From the human T2T-CHM13v2.0 reference genome, Homo sapiens, in assembly GCF_009914755.1 (NCBI RefSeq), contig NC_060936.1: a stretch of DNA of 64,000 nt; one strand, given 5' to 3'. The position numbers and the translations under genes were made by a program. The notes beneath the pieces were generated by a model, which worked only from the letters and a program-made list of their open reading frames with translations, was not told where the DNA came from and did not search any database. Numbering within the stretch: position 1 is the first letter of the stretch; every line of letters begins with the position of its first letter. Shown here one piece after another: positions 43,295-58,343 of this stretch.

Positions 43295-43645
43295 TCAAGG
43301 AGAAAAAAATCTATTAAAAGAAATTCTAACCAAAATGTTACTTTTTCAGATTATCAAGTCTGCCGTGATGTCTATCTACATTTGGGCAAGAATACAAATG
43401 AAGGTTCACCTGAAAGTTATGAAGGAGGCTAAGAAATTGTTACATAATACGTAATATAATTTTCTACCATGTAAAATATAACTCTATAAAAACAGAATTG
43501 AAGCACATGTGGAATGATATGTTTTTTATGTCACTGAAAGTCCACAAAATATCAAATACAGCTGTATTTCAATGATATTGTACATGTCTTGGTGTTCCTT
43601 GCTGGAACAGTGATATCTGTATTATTAGAGATAAATATAAATTAC

Positions 43646-45180
43646 TTCTATGGTTTTTATGGTTTTAGGTCTTAACATTTAAGTCTTTATTCCATCTTGA
43701 GTTAATTTTTGTAGAAGATGTAAGGAAGGGGTCCGGTTTCAGTTTTCTGCATATGGCTAGTCAGTTTTCCCAACACCATTTATTAAATAGGGAATCCTTT
43801 CCCCATTGCTTGTTTTTGTCAGGTTTGTCAAAGATCAGATGGATGTAGATGTGTGGCATTATTTCTGAGGCCTCTGTTCTGTTCCATTGGTCTATATATC
43901 TGTTTTGGTACCAGTACCATGCTGTTTTGATTACTGTGCCTTTTAGTATAATTTGAAGTCAGGTAGCATGATGCCTCTTTCTACTTAGGATTGTCTCAGC
44001 TATGTGGGCTCTTTTTTGGTTCTATATGAAATGTAAAGTAGTTTTTTCTAATTCTGTGAAGAAAGTCAATGGTAGCTTTATGGGGATACCATTCAGGACA
44101 TAGGCATGGGCAAAGACTTCATGAGTAAAACACCAAAAGCAATGGCAACAAAAGTCAAAATTGAATTGGATCTAATTAAGCTAAAGAGCTTCTGCACAGC
44201 AAAAGAAACTAGCATCAGAGTGAACAGGCAACCTACAGAATGGGAGAAAATTTTTGCAATCTACTCATCTGACAAAGGGCTAATATCCAGAATCTACAGA
44301 GAACTCAAACAAATTTATAAGAGAAAAACAAAAAACTCCATCAAAAAGTGGGCAAAGGATGTAAGCAGACACTTCTCAAAAGAAGACATTTATGCAGCCA
44401 ACAAACATATGTAAAAAAGCTCATCATCACTGGTCATCAGAGAAATGCATATCAAAACCACAATGAGATACTATCTCATGCCAGTTAGAATGGCAATCAT
44501 TAAATAGTCAAGAAATAACAGATGCTAGAGAGGATATGGAGAAATAGAAACACTTTTACACTGTTGGTGGGAGTGTAATTTCAGAAGCATGTGCTCCTTG
44601 TGGAAGACAGTGTGGCGATTCCTCAAGGATCTAGAACCAGAAATACCATTTGACCCAGCAATCTCATTACTGGATATATACCCGAAATATTATAAATCAT
44701 TCTACTATAAAGACACATGCACACATATGTTTATTGCAGTACTGTTTACAATAGCAAAGACTTGGAACCAACCCAAATGCCCATCAATAATAGACTGGAT
44801 AAAGAAAATGTGGCACATATCCACCATGGAATACTATGCAACCATAAAAAGGGTGAGTTCATGTCCTTTGCAGGGACATTGATGAAGCTGGAAACCATCA
44901 CTCTCAGCAAACTGATACAGAAACAGAAAACCAAACACTGCATGTTCTTACTCATAAGTGGGAGTTGAACAATGAGAACACATGGACACATGGAGGGGAA
45001 CATCACACACCAGGGCCTGTTGGGGGATGGAGGGCTTGGGGAGGGATAGCATTAGGATAAATACCTAATATAGATGATGGGTTGATGGGGGCAGCAAACC
45101 ACCATGGCACGTGTATACCTATGTAACAAACCTGCACATTCTGCACATGTATCCCAGAACTTAAAGTATACATATAAAAA
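43646..45180 (+). mobile_element. L1PA 3' portion with 5' inversion (minus 43646-~44087, plus ~44088-45180)
   Basis: Plus ORFs 44106-44414 ([16 protein letters not shown]) and 44589-44882 are ORF2 C-terminus; the upstream block is antisense ORF2; degenerate TSD agagataaatataaattac / agaaataaacataaattgc. Confidence 0.95.
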
Positions 45181-48063
45181 AGAAATAAACATAAATTGCA
45201 AATTATTATATATAATATACATTTGTATTTCAGATAAATCACAAAATAATAATATTGTAATTGCTAATTTGTGATCATTTGTGTTCTGTTGACAATAATG
45301 CCCAATTATATATTTGAGTCATTATAATTCTAAGATAGTCATTAAGTAATTTCAATTTAGATATATTTTGCTCTATTGAAACAGGAATAACTGTAATTAT
45401 CAATATAATTTTTCAGACCTTATATGAATTCAGATATTAACCATTGATATCATACTTAAAGTCTGTAAAAAATCATATATACTGATGGATAGAAGCTATT
45501 GAAATTTTTTGTTATATGCAACTTTATTACTTATATTCCAATTTTTACTATCTATTAGCAATATATAAATCCATTCAGTACTTCTTAAATATTTTTAATT
45601 GTTTTTAAGGTATAGTATTATAAAGAAATCAGAAAATAGCTCAATTTACTATTTATATTTTTTCAAGGAAAATTTACCTTGATTGATAGTAGCCAGGAAA
45701 GATCTGAAAATAATGATTGGGTTATTCATTTGGATTTTTTGTATATAATTCTTTTTCAGTCATGCAAGTAATTTTTGTTTTTCTGTTCTAATTTTCTTGG
45801 AATATTGAAATGTTACTTTAGTTGAATATTTCACATGTACTACCTTTGATTACCTTTTTTCTTTAATTTCTTTCTTAAAATTAAATAGCCAAAAGTTACA
45901 TTTTTAGGTTTTTAAAACTTTTTATAACAATTTATTTTGCAAGAATTTATTGTATTTATGCTATCTGAAAAATTTATTGATTTTATTGTCTTTCCTCTTT
46001 ATTAAACCGTGTCTGTTTCCTATGAGAGCAATGAAACAACTCAGGAATCTTTAATTTGGACATGATTGCAACAGACAAGAAAGAAGATTTCTCGGGGGCC
46101 AAAACAGTGTTAGGAGACTTGATGTTTTGATTATGTATGATTTCATGCCAGTTTTGACCATTAGATCCTGAGTAATATAGGCATCCATATGTTCTCTCAT
46201 ATGTTTATTTATTTTTTAACCTGCTTTTGAGATGTAGCACTCTCTAAAGCCAAAGCCTAGAGTAGAGAAGTATAGGAGCAGTTACAGATAATTCTTTTTG
46301 CCTTCATCATACCCATCCTAGACTGGCTGCCTGACTTCACTATCACTTACTGACTTGGACCTGGTATTTTCTTAGGACTGTTTATAGCGATAGCCCCTGT
46401 GATTGAGTTTTGAGAATCCTGTTGGTTTATTCCATTGTCTCAGATATTTTACTCTTGTGACTAACTTTGCTGTCTAAAATATGTTTGATGCCCTGACTAC
46501 ACCTGCTGCCAATTTGTCTCCTCCACCAAAAACTATCCTATTCAACTCTTGTTTCCTCCCCTCTCTTTGCTAAGCTACTACAGCTAAAATTAGCCATAAT
46601 TTCTTTTAAAACACATAGTTTGCTTAATGTGGGCTGAAATAAAAATTGTGACAAGACATAAAATTTAATAAACTGTGATAGTACAATAATACATAGGAAA
46701 TGTATTATTATTTCACTACCTATTGAAGGACTAAACTAATATTCAGTTTATTACCCAGATACTTCCATGCCTCATTTCTCATTTTTCATTATGAAACAAA
46801 GATCAAAATATAATCATTTAAATAGAGTTGAAATTCTATTTCACTTTGGAAAAAAAGTACACACTTTTAAATGTAGATCAAAGTGAATAAAGTCAATACA
46901 ATGAAAGAATATAAGCTAAATACTTTTGAGAACAGAATTTGCATTGCCAAATATATAAAAGAATTTCAGCCTTAAAAAGAAAGGCTGTTATTGAGTAAAA
47001 TGGTCTCTTATGTGGTTGCAATGGAAGGAAGTTTTCCATCTGTGTCTGGAATTAATAGCATCTGAAAAAAGAAATTGAATGCACAATGATTCTTCTACTT
47101 GGCAATATGAACATAGATATATTAGCTGTCTTGAGACAAAAAAACACCCAGAAGCAAAGAATATTAAATGAAACAATGGTGAGTTAGATAACTATTGTGA
47201 GCTACAGAGAGAAGATGGAAAGTTGTAATGCATTTATATGAAGCCAGGCACCACAACTAGCACTGGAAAGTGCTGTATGGAATAAAATTAAGAATGCTCT
47301 TAGCTAGCTCCCTTGCTAGTGACCTTAAGGAATTCCTTTAGAATAGACCAGTTTACAGACTTGATGGTATTTGCAAGAGGAAAATGAATGTAGGGAAGCA
47401 CATAGGGACCCAGAAAATGGCAAGAAAAATAAAATCATTTGTTGGTAAGCCCTTTGACCATTGCATGAATGTAGAAATTTTTAAAAATAATGTAAAAACA
47501 AAACAGAAGATAGAATCATGATTTTTAGAAGAAATGAGACTCAAAGATCAGTTTATCTAGCCTCTCAATCATTAAACAAAGTTCTAGAGTAATGAGAATA
47601 TATTTGTTCCAAGGAGAATATTGTTAATTAAAAAAATTTTAAGACTCATATTTTCACAAATCAAAACACTACTTAATTTATACCCTATATTTTTATAATG
47701 ACTTTCAAGCTAAAACTGATGTGATTTCTAGGGGACTTAAAAATTTGTTGTATATGTGATGTTGTTATTAAAATAGCAATTGCTTTAGCTGAGTCAGTTT
47801 GCCTCTTACCTAGAATTTTTGCAGGAAAAGCTGAATTTAAGTAATTAAGTGTGACAGTTAACTATTGCACATAACTTGTTACCAATATATTTTATATATC
47901 AAATCCCTATTCAGATCATGTCAGAGGAAACATAATTTAACTGATAATATTTTTTAAGGATGAGGTATAAACACCTGCTAAAAAGGAAGCAGAAAATAAC
48001 AATTTTTAGTGAGTATAGAAGTGTAATAATTTCTAGGGCATTTACTCTTTAAAAATATTTATG

Positions 48064-48419
<356 letters not shown>

Positions 48420-48567
48420 TTAACCTGTATACTAAACTCTATAAAAAATATCAGTATTTTTAAATTTTTTACTTGTAATTTAAAAAACTTGATGTGAAGA
48501 ATAAAGTGTGCCTATAATGACAAAGTACTTTTTAATGCATTTATGTAGTTACTTCATTTAAACTTGC

Positions 48568-48998
48568 TGATATGTTTTGGATGTTTGTCTCTTCAAAGTT
48601 TCATATGGAAATGTGATTCCCAATTTTAGAGGTGGGGCTTGGTGGGAAGTGATTGGATCATGGGGGTGGATCCCTCATGAATGGTTTAGCACCATTCCCT
48701 TGGTGATAAATGAGTTTCTCAAACAATTAGTTCATGTGAGGTCTGCTTGTTTAAAAGAATCTAGGACCCCCTGCCCTTCTCTCTCTCTCTCTGGCTCCCA
48801 CTCTCTCCATGTGATGTGCTTGCTCCCCCTTTACCTTTCACCATGACTGTAAACTTCCTGAGGTCCTAGCCAGAAGCAGATGCTGGCAACATGTTTCCTG
48901 TACAGCCTACAGAACTGTGAACTAATTAATCTTCTTTTCTCTATAAATTACCCAGTCTCAGGTATTTATTCATAGAGATGCAAAAACAGAATGACACA
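48568..48998 (+). mobile_element. Solo MSTB-like LTR
   Basis: tgatatg...aca termini; perfect TSD cttgc at 48563-48567 and 48999-49003. Confidence 0.92.
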
Positions 48999-50522
48999 CT
49001 TGCCTAGTAAGAAATGTGTTGGTATTAAATGCGTTGTTTTTATTAAAAATTGTAATAACACTTTTAATTCATTTGCTCATTCATGGATGCAACATTTCAG
49101 TAGATATTTTTTACTTAGAGGACTGTGAGTGTTAGAAATTTTTATTATTTTACATGAAAGATAAGCTAATACAATTGTGTCAGTAAGTCTAGACATTTTC
49201 CAATGGTAATAAATGCCTAAATAGTTTCAAGGGTTCTCTCTCTGTGTTTATGTTGACTGTTGAAACATATTTATGGGACATATTTGAATTGAGCTGAATG
49301 CTTTTACATTTTAAGAACAACTTCTGGGAAATAATATGTAAACAGATGAAAATAAAACTCTAAAAAGATGTTCCTGATTAAGTCCTATGATCAGTGCTAC
49401 AAACACATTCCTTCACAACACTGTGGGCAAGTTCTTTGGCACATCATTTAACATCCTAAAAACTAGGCCTCCTTCTCATGGTTTTGCACAGCAGTCAAGT
49501 ATTTTAAAATTCCATGTATATATAACCTTGTTAACAGCATTGAGGTTTTCCCAGACATGTGCATTTCCCTAGAATATTCTATATTCAGCCCTCCCGTTTT
49601 TTATAGTAGGGTTAATTCCAACTGCTCCTTTAAGACACAACTTTAAATAAGACAGAGCTATACTCACTCATCACTCAACTTTGCTAATAGTCCCATCATC
49701 TCATATATAACTATTTTTGTAATTATCAGTTTAATATCATACTATAATAGTGTAATGATGGATACTCATAAATGTAATTATGCATATGATTATTATGTAC
49801 AATTATCTACCACTCACTAGAGACAGCTCTACATATTGAAAAATGAGAAGAAACAGTTCTGTGATATAAAATACTATAGAATAAGAAATGCCTAATGTTT
49901 GCGAAGAGAAAAGAAGGATGCTTTGGAGAATTCTAGGAAGCGTATACCAAATAAAGGAGGTTGACTTTCATTATTTAAAAAAAGGTAATGAGTGACAAAT
50001 ATAATTTTTAAATGAGAAGTGAAACTTAAACATACTTTTGAAATATTCCCATCAAGAATAATTAAAATTTCTTTTTAAGTTTGGGGCCTAAATGGTTGCC
50101 ATGAGCAGTTGTGATTTTAGAAGAACAGAAGAAAACAGAAGAAACTGTTCTCTACATATGCAATTGATTAAGAATCTATTACTATACACAGAGAAGAGAA
50201 AAAATCAATATTTTTATAAGCTACATTATCTGTATTACAAGAAGTTCTCTTTCATACATAACAAGTTATTTCTCTCATTGTTTCATAATTACCCATACAT
50301 TAAATATTTACAGTTTTGTTCTTCTTTAAAGGTATAGAGAAACTGGTGGCCACTATTTATAGAATGATTCTATTTGCTATTAAAATTAACCAAATACAAT
50401 TTTTGCCTTTTCAAAGTATTTTAAATATTTTGAGATTTAATGCTACGTTGAATAGAGCAATCTTTCCATGAATTAAGTGTTTTCTAAATATAATGAATAT
50501 ACTTTAAAGTAACATGTCTCTA

Positions 50523-50978
50523 TTTTTTTTTTTTTTTTTAATTTATTTTTTTATTGATAATTCTTGGGTGTTTCTCACAGAGGGGGATTTGGCAGGGTCA
50601 TGGGACAATAGTGGAGGGAAGGTCAGCAGATAAACAAGTGAACAAAGGTCTCTGGTTTTCCTAGGCAGAGGACCCTGCGGCCTTCCGCAGTGTTTGTGTC
50701 CCTGATTACTTGAGATTAGGGATTGGTGATGACTCTTAAGGAGCATGCTGCCTTCAAGCATCTGTTTAACAAAGCACATCTTGCACCGCCCTTAATCCAT
50801 TTAACCCTGAGTGCACACAGCACATGTTTCAGAGAGCACAGGGTTGGGGGTAAGGTCACAGATCAACAGGATCCCAAGGCAGAAGAATTTTTCTTAGTGC
50901 AGAACAAAATGAAAAGTCTCCCATGTCTACTTCTTTCTACACAGACACGGCAACCATCCGATTTCTCAATCTTTTCCC
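50523..50978 (-). mobile_element. 5'-truncated SVA (SINE-R + poly-A only; SVA_E/F-like)
   Basis: Poly-T followed by attgataattcttgggtgtttctcacagagggggatttggcagggtca...gaccctgcggccttccgcag; TSD ctattttttt at 50520-50529 and 50978-50987. Confidence 0.95.
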
Positions 50979-51349
50979 TATTTTTTTATGAAACCAGAAT
51001 GCCCTACGTAAAAACAAGGGCCACAGATTAATGAAAATATTCGAGAAATATTATTTTTGCTATCCCTTTTCAAGCACACCAATCATAATGCTAGCTCCTA
51101 ACATTTATAAAGTACTTAAAATGTACTAGCTATTGTTATAATCAGTTTACATACTGTAAATCATTTAATCATTGCAAAAAATTTTGTAAAGTGATTTGTT
51201 ATCCTCATTTGATGGATAAAACTGAAACACAAAATGATAAAAAGCCCTGCCTATTCTCATATGATAAACACTTGTGGAGATTTGAACGTTACCAATCTAG
51301 CTCAAAGAACAGCCAAATTCTTTGTCAGTTCATAACAAGGATGGTCTTT

Positions 51350-51745
51350 ACTCCAGTTTCCAATAACGCGTTTATCTGTTTCATCTGAAGCTTCTTCAGA
51401 ATGGTCTTATTTCTCATATTTCTATCAGCATTTGTGTAATGACCACTTAACTAATCTCTAAAGAGTTCAAAACTTTCCGTAGTCTTCTTTTCTTCAAATC
51501 TCTCACAACAATTTAAACTTTTTCTATTGTGCTCCTTCAAATTATTCTACCTTCTTCTGCTCATTACCCAGTTTCACAGCTGTTTTCACGTATTCAGTTG
51601 TTATTAGTGACACCACCCTCCTGGTACCAATTTTCTGTCTTTATTTTCTGTTCTTAGAATACCTAAAACCGACTTATTTATAAAGAACATAAACACACTT
51701 ATTACAAGTATGAAGACTAAGAAGTCCCAGCTTGAGGGACTTCTT
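51350..51745 (-). mobile_element. Old MaLR internal/LTR junction fragment
   Basis: cattacccagtttcacagctgttttcac...ctcctggtaccaattttctgt resembles the MaLR internal start seen at 19520-19600. Confidence 0.65.
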
Positions 51746-51769
51746 ACAAAGGAAGAAGAAACAAAATAG

Positions 51770-52097
<328 letters not shown>

Positions 52098-52114
52098 AGA
52101 ATTGGGTTTTCTTA

Positions 52115-52430
52115 AAGGCTGGGGAGGATAATGGAGAGGGGGAAAAAGAAGAGGTTGGTTAATGGATATGAAATTACAGCTAGATAAGATTACATTGTAA
52201 AATTATTTAGCACTGTAGAGTGACTATAGTTAACAAAAATTTTTTGTAGATTTCCAAATAGCCTGAAGAGAAGATTATGAATGTTCCTAACACAAAAGAA
52301 TTATAAATGTTTGAGATGGATTTGCTAATTATCCTGATTTGATATATTACATTTTGTACACATATATTAAAATATTACACTGTATAATATGTGCAATTGT
52401 TATAAGCCAATTAAAAATAACAAATATAAA
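52115..52430 (+). mobile_element. L1MA/MB 3' end fragment
   Basis: gttggttaatggata...gtgactatagttaacaa...ataaatgtttgagatgg. Confidence 0.8.
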
Positions 52431-52589
52431 TAAGTAACGTTAAAATACCTCTTTTCTGCATTAAAAGGATACACTACATTGTATTAATAAAATGTGATTT
52501 TCTTTAATTTCCTTAAGCATGTTTCCATAAATATCAAATTAATATTAAATATATTTTTCTAGGAATACTGATGAAGACCAATATTAAGT

Positions 52590-55500
52590 TTTTTATCTTT
52601 TTATTTATTCATTTATTTAAAATTTTTCTTCCAGCTTTTACTTTGAATTCAGGGGATACATGTAAAATTTTGTTACATGTGTAAATTGGGTGTTGTGGTT
52701 GTTTTATATGCAAATTATTTTATCACCCAGGTAGTGAGCATAGTACCCAATAGATAGTTTTTCTATTCTTACTCTCCTCTCAGTCTCCAACCTCAAGTAG
52801 TCCCTGGTGTCTCTTGTTCTTCTTTTTGTATCCATGTGTACTCAATGTATAGCTCCTACTTTTAAGTGAGAATATGTGGTATTTGGTTTTCTGTTATGGC
52901 ATTAATTCCTTTAGGATAATGGCCTCCAGCAGCATCCATGTTGCTGTAAAGGACAAAATTTAATTCTTTTTTATGGCCATATAGTATTCTATGGTGTATA
53001 TGTACCAATTTTATTTTTCAAGTCCACTGTTGATTGGCATCTAAGTTGATTCCACATCTTTGTTATTGTGAAAAGTGCTGTGATTAACATATGTGTGCAT
53101 GTGTCTTTTTGGTTGAATAATTTATATTCCTTTAGGTATGTACCCAGTAATGTGATTGTTGGGTCAAATAGTTCTGTTTCAAGTATTTTGAGATTCTCCG
53201 AACTGTTTTCCACAGTGGCTGATAATTTACATTCCCACTACCAGTATATAAGTTTTTCCTTTCTTCTTTTTTTTTTTTTTTGTTTTTGCAACTTCACAGT
53301 CATCTTTTTTTTTTTTTTGACTTTTTAATAGCCATTTTGACTGGTGTGAGAAGGTATCTCATTGTGCATTTGATTTGCACTTCTCTAAAGATTAGTGAGG
53401 TTAAACATTTTTTCAAATGTTTGTTAGCTGCATATATGTCTGCTTTTTAAAAGTGACTGTTCATATTCTTCGCCTATTTTTATGGGGTTGTTTACCCTAT
53501 AGATTCTGGGTATTAGACATTTGTCAGATGCATAGTTTGCAAATATTTTCTCCTGCTCTGTAGGTTGTATGTTTACTCCATATATATGTATATGTGTGTA
53601 TATATATATTTTGTTTGTTTGTTTGTTTTTTTGCTGTGCAGAAACTCTTTAGCTCGATTAGGTCCCACTTATCAATTTCTGTTTTGGTTAGAATTGCTTT
53701 TGGAGTCTTCATTATAAAATCTTTGCCAGGGCCTATGTCCAGAGTGGTATGTTCTAGTTTTCTTCCAGGGTTTATGTAATTTTAGGTTTTACATTTAAAT
53801 TTTTAATCCATCTTGAGTTTATTTTTGTATATGGTGTAAAGGAAGGGTCCAGTTTCAGTCTTGTGCATGTGGCTAGCAAATTATCTCTGCAGCATTTATG
53901 GAATAGAAAGTCATTTTCCTATTGTTTGTTTTTCTCAACTTTGTTGAAGATTAGATGGTTGTAGGTGCATGGCTTTATTTCTGGGTTCCCTAACCTTGTC
54001 CATTGGTCTATGTGTTTGTTTTTGTACCAGTACCATGCAGTTTTATTTACTGTAGCCTTGTAGTGTAGTTTGAAGTTGAGTTGTATAACATCTTCTATTG
54101 GATTGCAGCCCAAACTACAACACCAAAAATACTTTGCTAATATAACCCCAATAAAACCAATGGGAAGAATTCAGCCACAAATTAAGACCCTTGCAGAAAA
54201 CTTCAGACCTCTGAAAATATCTAGAAATAAAACCAACTAAATATATGCAAATTACACCAGAGTTAAAAGAATATCAGCCCACACAAATGAGAAATATCTA
54301 GCACAAGAACTCTGGCAACTCTAGAACCCAGAGTTTCTTACCTCCAAATGATCCCACTAGCTCTTCAGCAATGATTAACCAGAGTGAGATGGCTGAAATG
54401 ACAGACAGAATTCAAAACCTGGATGGCAGCAAAGATTTTTGAGATTCAGGAGAAAGTTAAAACTCAATCCAAGAATTCTATGGAATCCAATAAAAATATT
54501 CAAGAGTTCAAAGATGAAATAGTCATTTTAAGAAATAACCAAACTGATGTGATAAAACTGAAAAACTCAGTATGAGAATTTCTTAACACAGTCAGAAGTA
54601 TTAACAGCAGAATATACCAAGCTGAGGAAAGAATCTCAGAGGTTTAAGCCCAGTTTTTTGAATCAACTTATGCAGACCTAAATAAAGAAAAAAAGAATAA
54701 AAAAACAATGAATTAAACCTTTGAGGAATATGGGGTTATGTAAAGAGTACAAACCTATAACTAACTGGCACCCCTGAAAGAGAGGGAGAGTAAACAACTT
54801 AGAAAACCTATTCAAAGATATTGTTCATGAAAATTTCCCCAACCTTGCTAAAGAGATTGCAATTCAAATTCAGAAAACTCAGAGAACCCCTGAAAAATAC
54901 TATATAAGACAACCACTGTCAAGAAATAAAGTCTCAGATTCTCCAAGGTCATCATGAAAAGAAAAAAACATTAAAGACAGCTAGAAAGAAGGGGCAGGTC
55001 ACCTACAAAGGGAATTCCACTGGGTTAGTTGTGGAACTTCCAGCAGAAATCTTAAAAGCCCAAAGCACTGGGGTCTATATTCAGCATCCTTAAATAAAAT
55101 AAATTTCAACCAAGAATGTTATAATCAGCCATAGTAAGCAACATAAGCCAAGGAGAAATAAGGTCCTTTTCAAACAAGCAAATGCTAAAGGAATTTGTTA
55201 TCAACACACCTGCCTTAGAATAGATCCATAAGAGAATGCTGAACATAGAAAGGAAAGACTGTTGCTAGCCACCACAAAACCACACTTAAGTTCACAAACC
55301 CCAGACACTATAAAACAACTACACGATCAAGTCTGCATAACAACCAGCCAACAGCATGATGACAGAATCAAATCCACACATATCTATATTAATCTTGAAC
55401 ATAAATGGGCTAAATGCTCCACTTAACAAGAAACAGAATTTGAAGTTGGATAAAGTATCAAGACCCAAGTGTATGCTGTCTTCAGGAGACTCACCTCACA

Positions 55501-55668
55501 TGAAATGACAAACATAGGCTGAAAGTATTGGGATGAAGAAAAATCAAGCAAGCAGAAAACAAAAAAGAGCAAGAGTTGCTATTCTTATTTGAGACAAAAC
55601 AGAGTTTAGTAATGATCAAAAAAGACAAAGAGCATTACATAATAATAAAGAGTTCAATTCAACATGAA
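52590..55668 (-). mobile_element. Older primate L1 (L1PA13-16/L1PB-like): antisense 3' end 52590-~54097 fused to sense 5'UTR/ORF1/ORF2-start ~54098-55668
   Basis: Minus ORFs 52989-53213, 53524-53712 and 53919-54113 ([16 protein letters not shown]) are ORF2 C-terminal; plus-strand ORF2 start at 55359 reads MTESNPHISILILNINGLNAP. Confidence 0.9.
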
Positions 55669-56744
55669 GTTTTTATTTTTTTAAAAATTCGTTAGATTCT
55701 GCCCCCACAGTATCCTTTAAGATGATTTTACTATTGAAATCATGAATCTCATACATTGCCTTGGTGATTTGCTTTATAAAAATTCCATTTGCCATCACTG
55801 TGGTATGAATTATGAAGAAAAATGTTAAACGACTTAAATCCAAGGCAAAAGCATTTATGGAAAAAAGGAAACTAGATATAACTTCTTATTTCAGTGAAAG
55901 ATTGATTTTTATAGCCAGAATAATGGTATCATAAGTAATTGTATCATTGTTATAGGCTTCATGTCTAGTTTAGATATTTTATTTTGCAAGTTATTAAATT
56001 ACTGTTGTATTGATATTTTCATTATCTTCATAAAATGTTGCCTTAAGGATTTATTTGTCATTTATTTGCTCAGGTGTAAGTAACAGTATAAAAATTTAAC
56101 ACTTTAAAATTTTTAATAGGATATAAGACACTTAAATATAACATTTACTTAAAATTTTGTTAGAAATTCAGTTATTTTTATTATATTAAATTCAGTTATT
56201 TAAAATTACACATTGAAGCATAAAACAAGACAGTACTTAATTACCTTACTATAAATATTGTGTGTCATTACACAGGTAATGAACACTTATTCTAGTCACA
56301 CATTTTGACACTCACAGGTTTACAAAAGATTCTCATGTTCAGGGGAGAATGCAATAATTTCCAGAGACCAGAATTGTTAAATTTAATACACTTAAATAAT
56401 TTTTGAAAATATTTCTTCCTTTTTCTTTGTTAGATATGGTTCCAGAAAGACTTGGAATATTTTCAAATAAAATAACAGAGTTTTAAAATGTACAGAGATC
56501 TTTGAGATAGCTAATCCATTTCCTTCAACTTATTAAAAAAATTTTATGTACATCTCTAGTACAAATTTATAAAAAATATGGCTGTGTTATTGGCATATGT
56601 ACCTTGAGCTTGGCTGATTTATCGATAAATTCCACCTGCCTACAAGGATGAGATCATAGTAGGGTATGTCAGTCACTATGTATAAGTAAGCTGACTAATG
56701 ATTAATACAGTAAAAGTAATTCTATACATAAAAGGATAGTTGAA

Positions 56745-57033
56745 ATTTTTTTTTGAGATGGAGTCTCACTCTGTCACCCAGGCTGGAGTCCAGTGGTGTG
56801 ATCTCAGCTCACTGCAAACTCTACCTCCCAGGGTTCAAGAGATTCACCTGCCTCAGCCTCCTGAGTAGCTGGGATTACAGGCGTGTGACCATGCCCAGCT
56901 AATTTTTGTATTTTTAGTAGAGATGGGGTTTCATCATGTTGGCCAGGCTGGTCTCGAATTCCTGACCTCATGATCCACCCACCTTGGCCTCCCAAAGTGC
57001 TGGGAATACAGGCGTGAGCCACTGCAACTGGCC
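56745..57033 (-). mobile_element. AluSg-like
   Basis: Antisense dimer; TSD atagttg(c)aaatttt on both sides. Confidence 0.95.
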
Positions 57034-57553
57034 CAATAGTTGCAAATTTTTATACATACATGCATACTTTCTTTACTATTTATAAAATGAAGTGGGTAGA
57101 AATGATGCCATCTAAAGTAATTTCCAGCTTCATAATTCTTAGAGTATATGCTCACTCTTTTCCTAATAGTTTGTAACTACTTTATTAATTTATATATGGA
57201 ATTATTATATATAGCCTTATATTCTGAATCTCCTTTCTATCTCAAATACCCATATTTATATTCATGTAGCCAACAGTTCAAGGTTATTCACACTAATGAG
57301 ATTTTACTCTTTCTCTGGGTACCATTTTTACTTTGAAAAATTAATCCTGTATTTTCAAGTTTCTTCATCTATAACATTCTTACAATGCAGATTATGTCAC
57401 AGAGGTAGGACAGAATAATGTAGACTGAATGTTTATGATGACCCAAATTCACATGTTGAGATCCTAACCCCCAATGTGATAGTATAAGGAGGAATGGTCA
57501 TTGATAGGTGATCAAGTAATGAGGCTGGAACACTAATGAACAGGATTAGTGCC

Positions 57554-58343
57554 TGTAATAGCATGTTCTCATACTGCTGTAAAGAACTACCTGAGACTGG
57601 GTAATTTATTAAGAAAAGAGGTTTGATTGACTAATATTTCCACAGGGTCTACAGGAAGCCTGGCTGGGATGCCTCAGAAAACTTACAATCATGGTGGAAG
57701 GAGAGAGAGAGAGAGTAAAGGGGGAAGCACTATACACTTTCAAACTACCAGATCTTGTGAGAACTGACTTACTATCACGAGAATAGCAAAAAGGAAGTCT
57801 GCCCCCATGATTCAGTCACTTCCCACCAGGCCCCTCCTAATCTGACATGAGATTTGGATGGTGTATTAGTCAGGGTTCTCTAAAGAGACAGAACTAATAG
57901 GAGATATATATATATATGAGTTTATTATATATATTGGAGTTTACTAAGTATTAATTTACACATTCACAAGGTCCCACAATAGGCTGTCTGCAAGCTTGAG
58001 GAACAAGGAGAGCCAGTCCAAGTCTCAAAACTAATGAACTTGGAGTTTGATGTTCAAGGACAGGAAGCATCCGGCATGGGACAAAAATGTAGGCTGGGAG
58101 GCTGGGCCCATCTCTCCTTTTCATTTTTTTCTGCCTGCTTTGTATTCGCTGCCAGCTGATTAGATGGTGACCACCAGACTAAGGGTGGGTCTGCCTTCCC
58201 CAGCCCACTGACTCAAATGTTAATCTCCTTTGGCAAAACCCTCACAGACACACCCAGGGTCAATACTTTGTATCCTTCAATCCAATCAAGTTGACACTCA
58301 AAATTACCCATGACAGATGGGGACACAGAGCCAAGCCATATCA
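57554..58343 (-). mobile_element. MSTA-like solo LTR (57554-57861, 58321-58343)
   Basis: TSD gtgcc at 57549-57553 and 58344-58348. Confidence 0.9.
57862..58315 (-). mobile_element. Solo MLT2A (HERV-L) LTR
   Basis: Reverse complement of the LTR type at 22976; TSD gatgg at 57857-57861 and 58316-58320. Confidence 0.95.

Noticed and set aside
45250-48050. Longest apparently non-repeat stretch, examined for exons or ncRNA
   Set aside because: No convincing ORF, splice structure, CpG island or RNA fold is visible; conservation or expression data would be needed.
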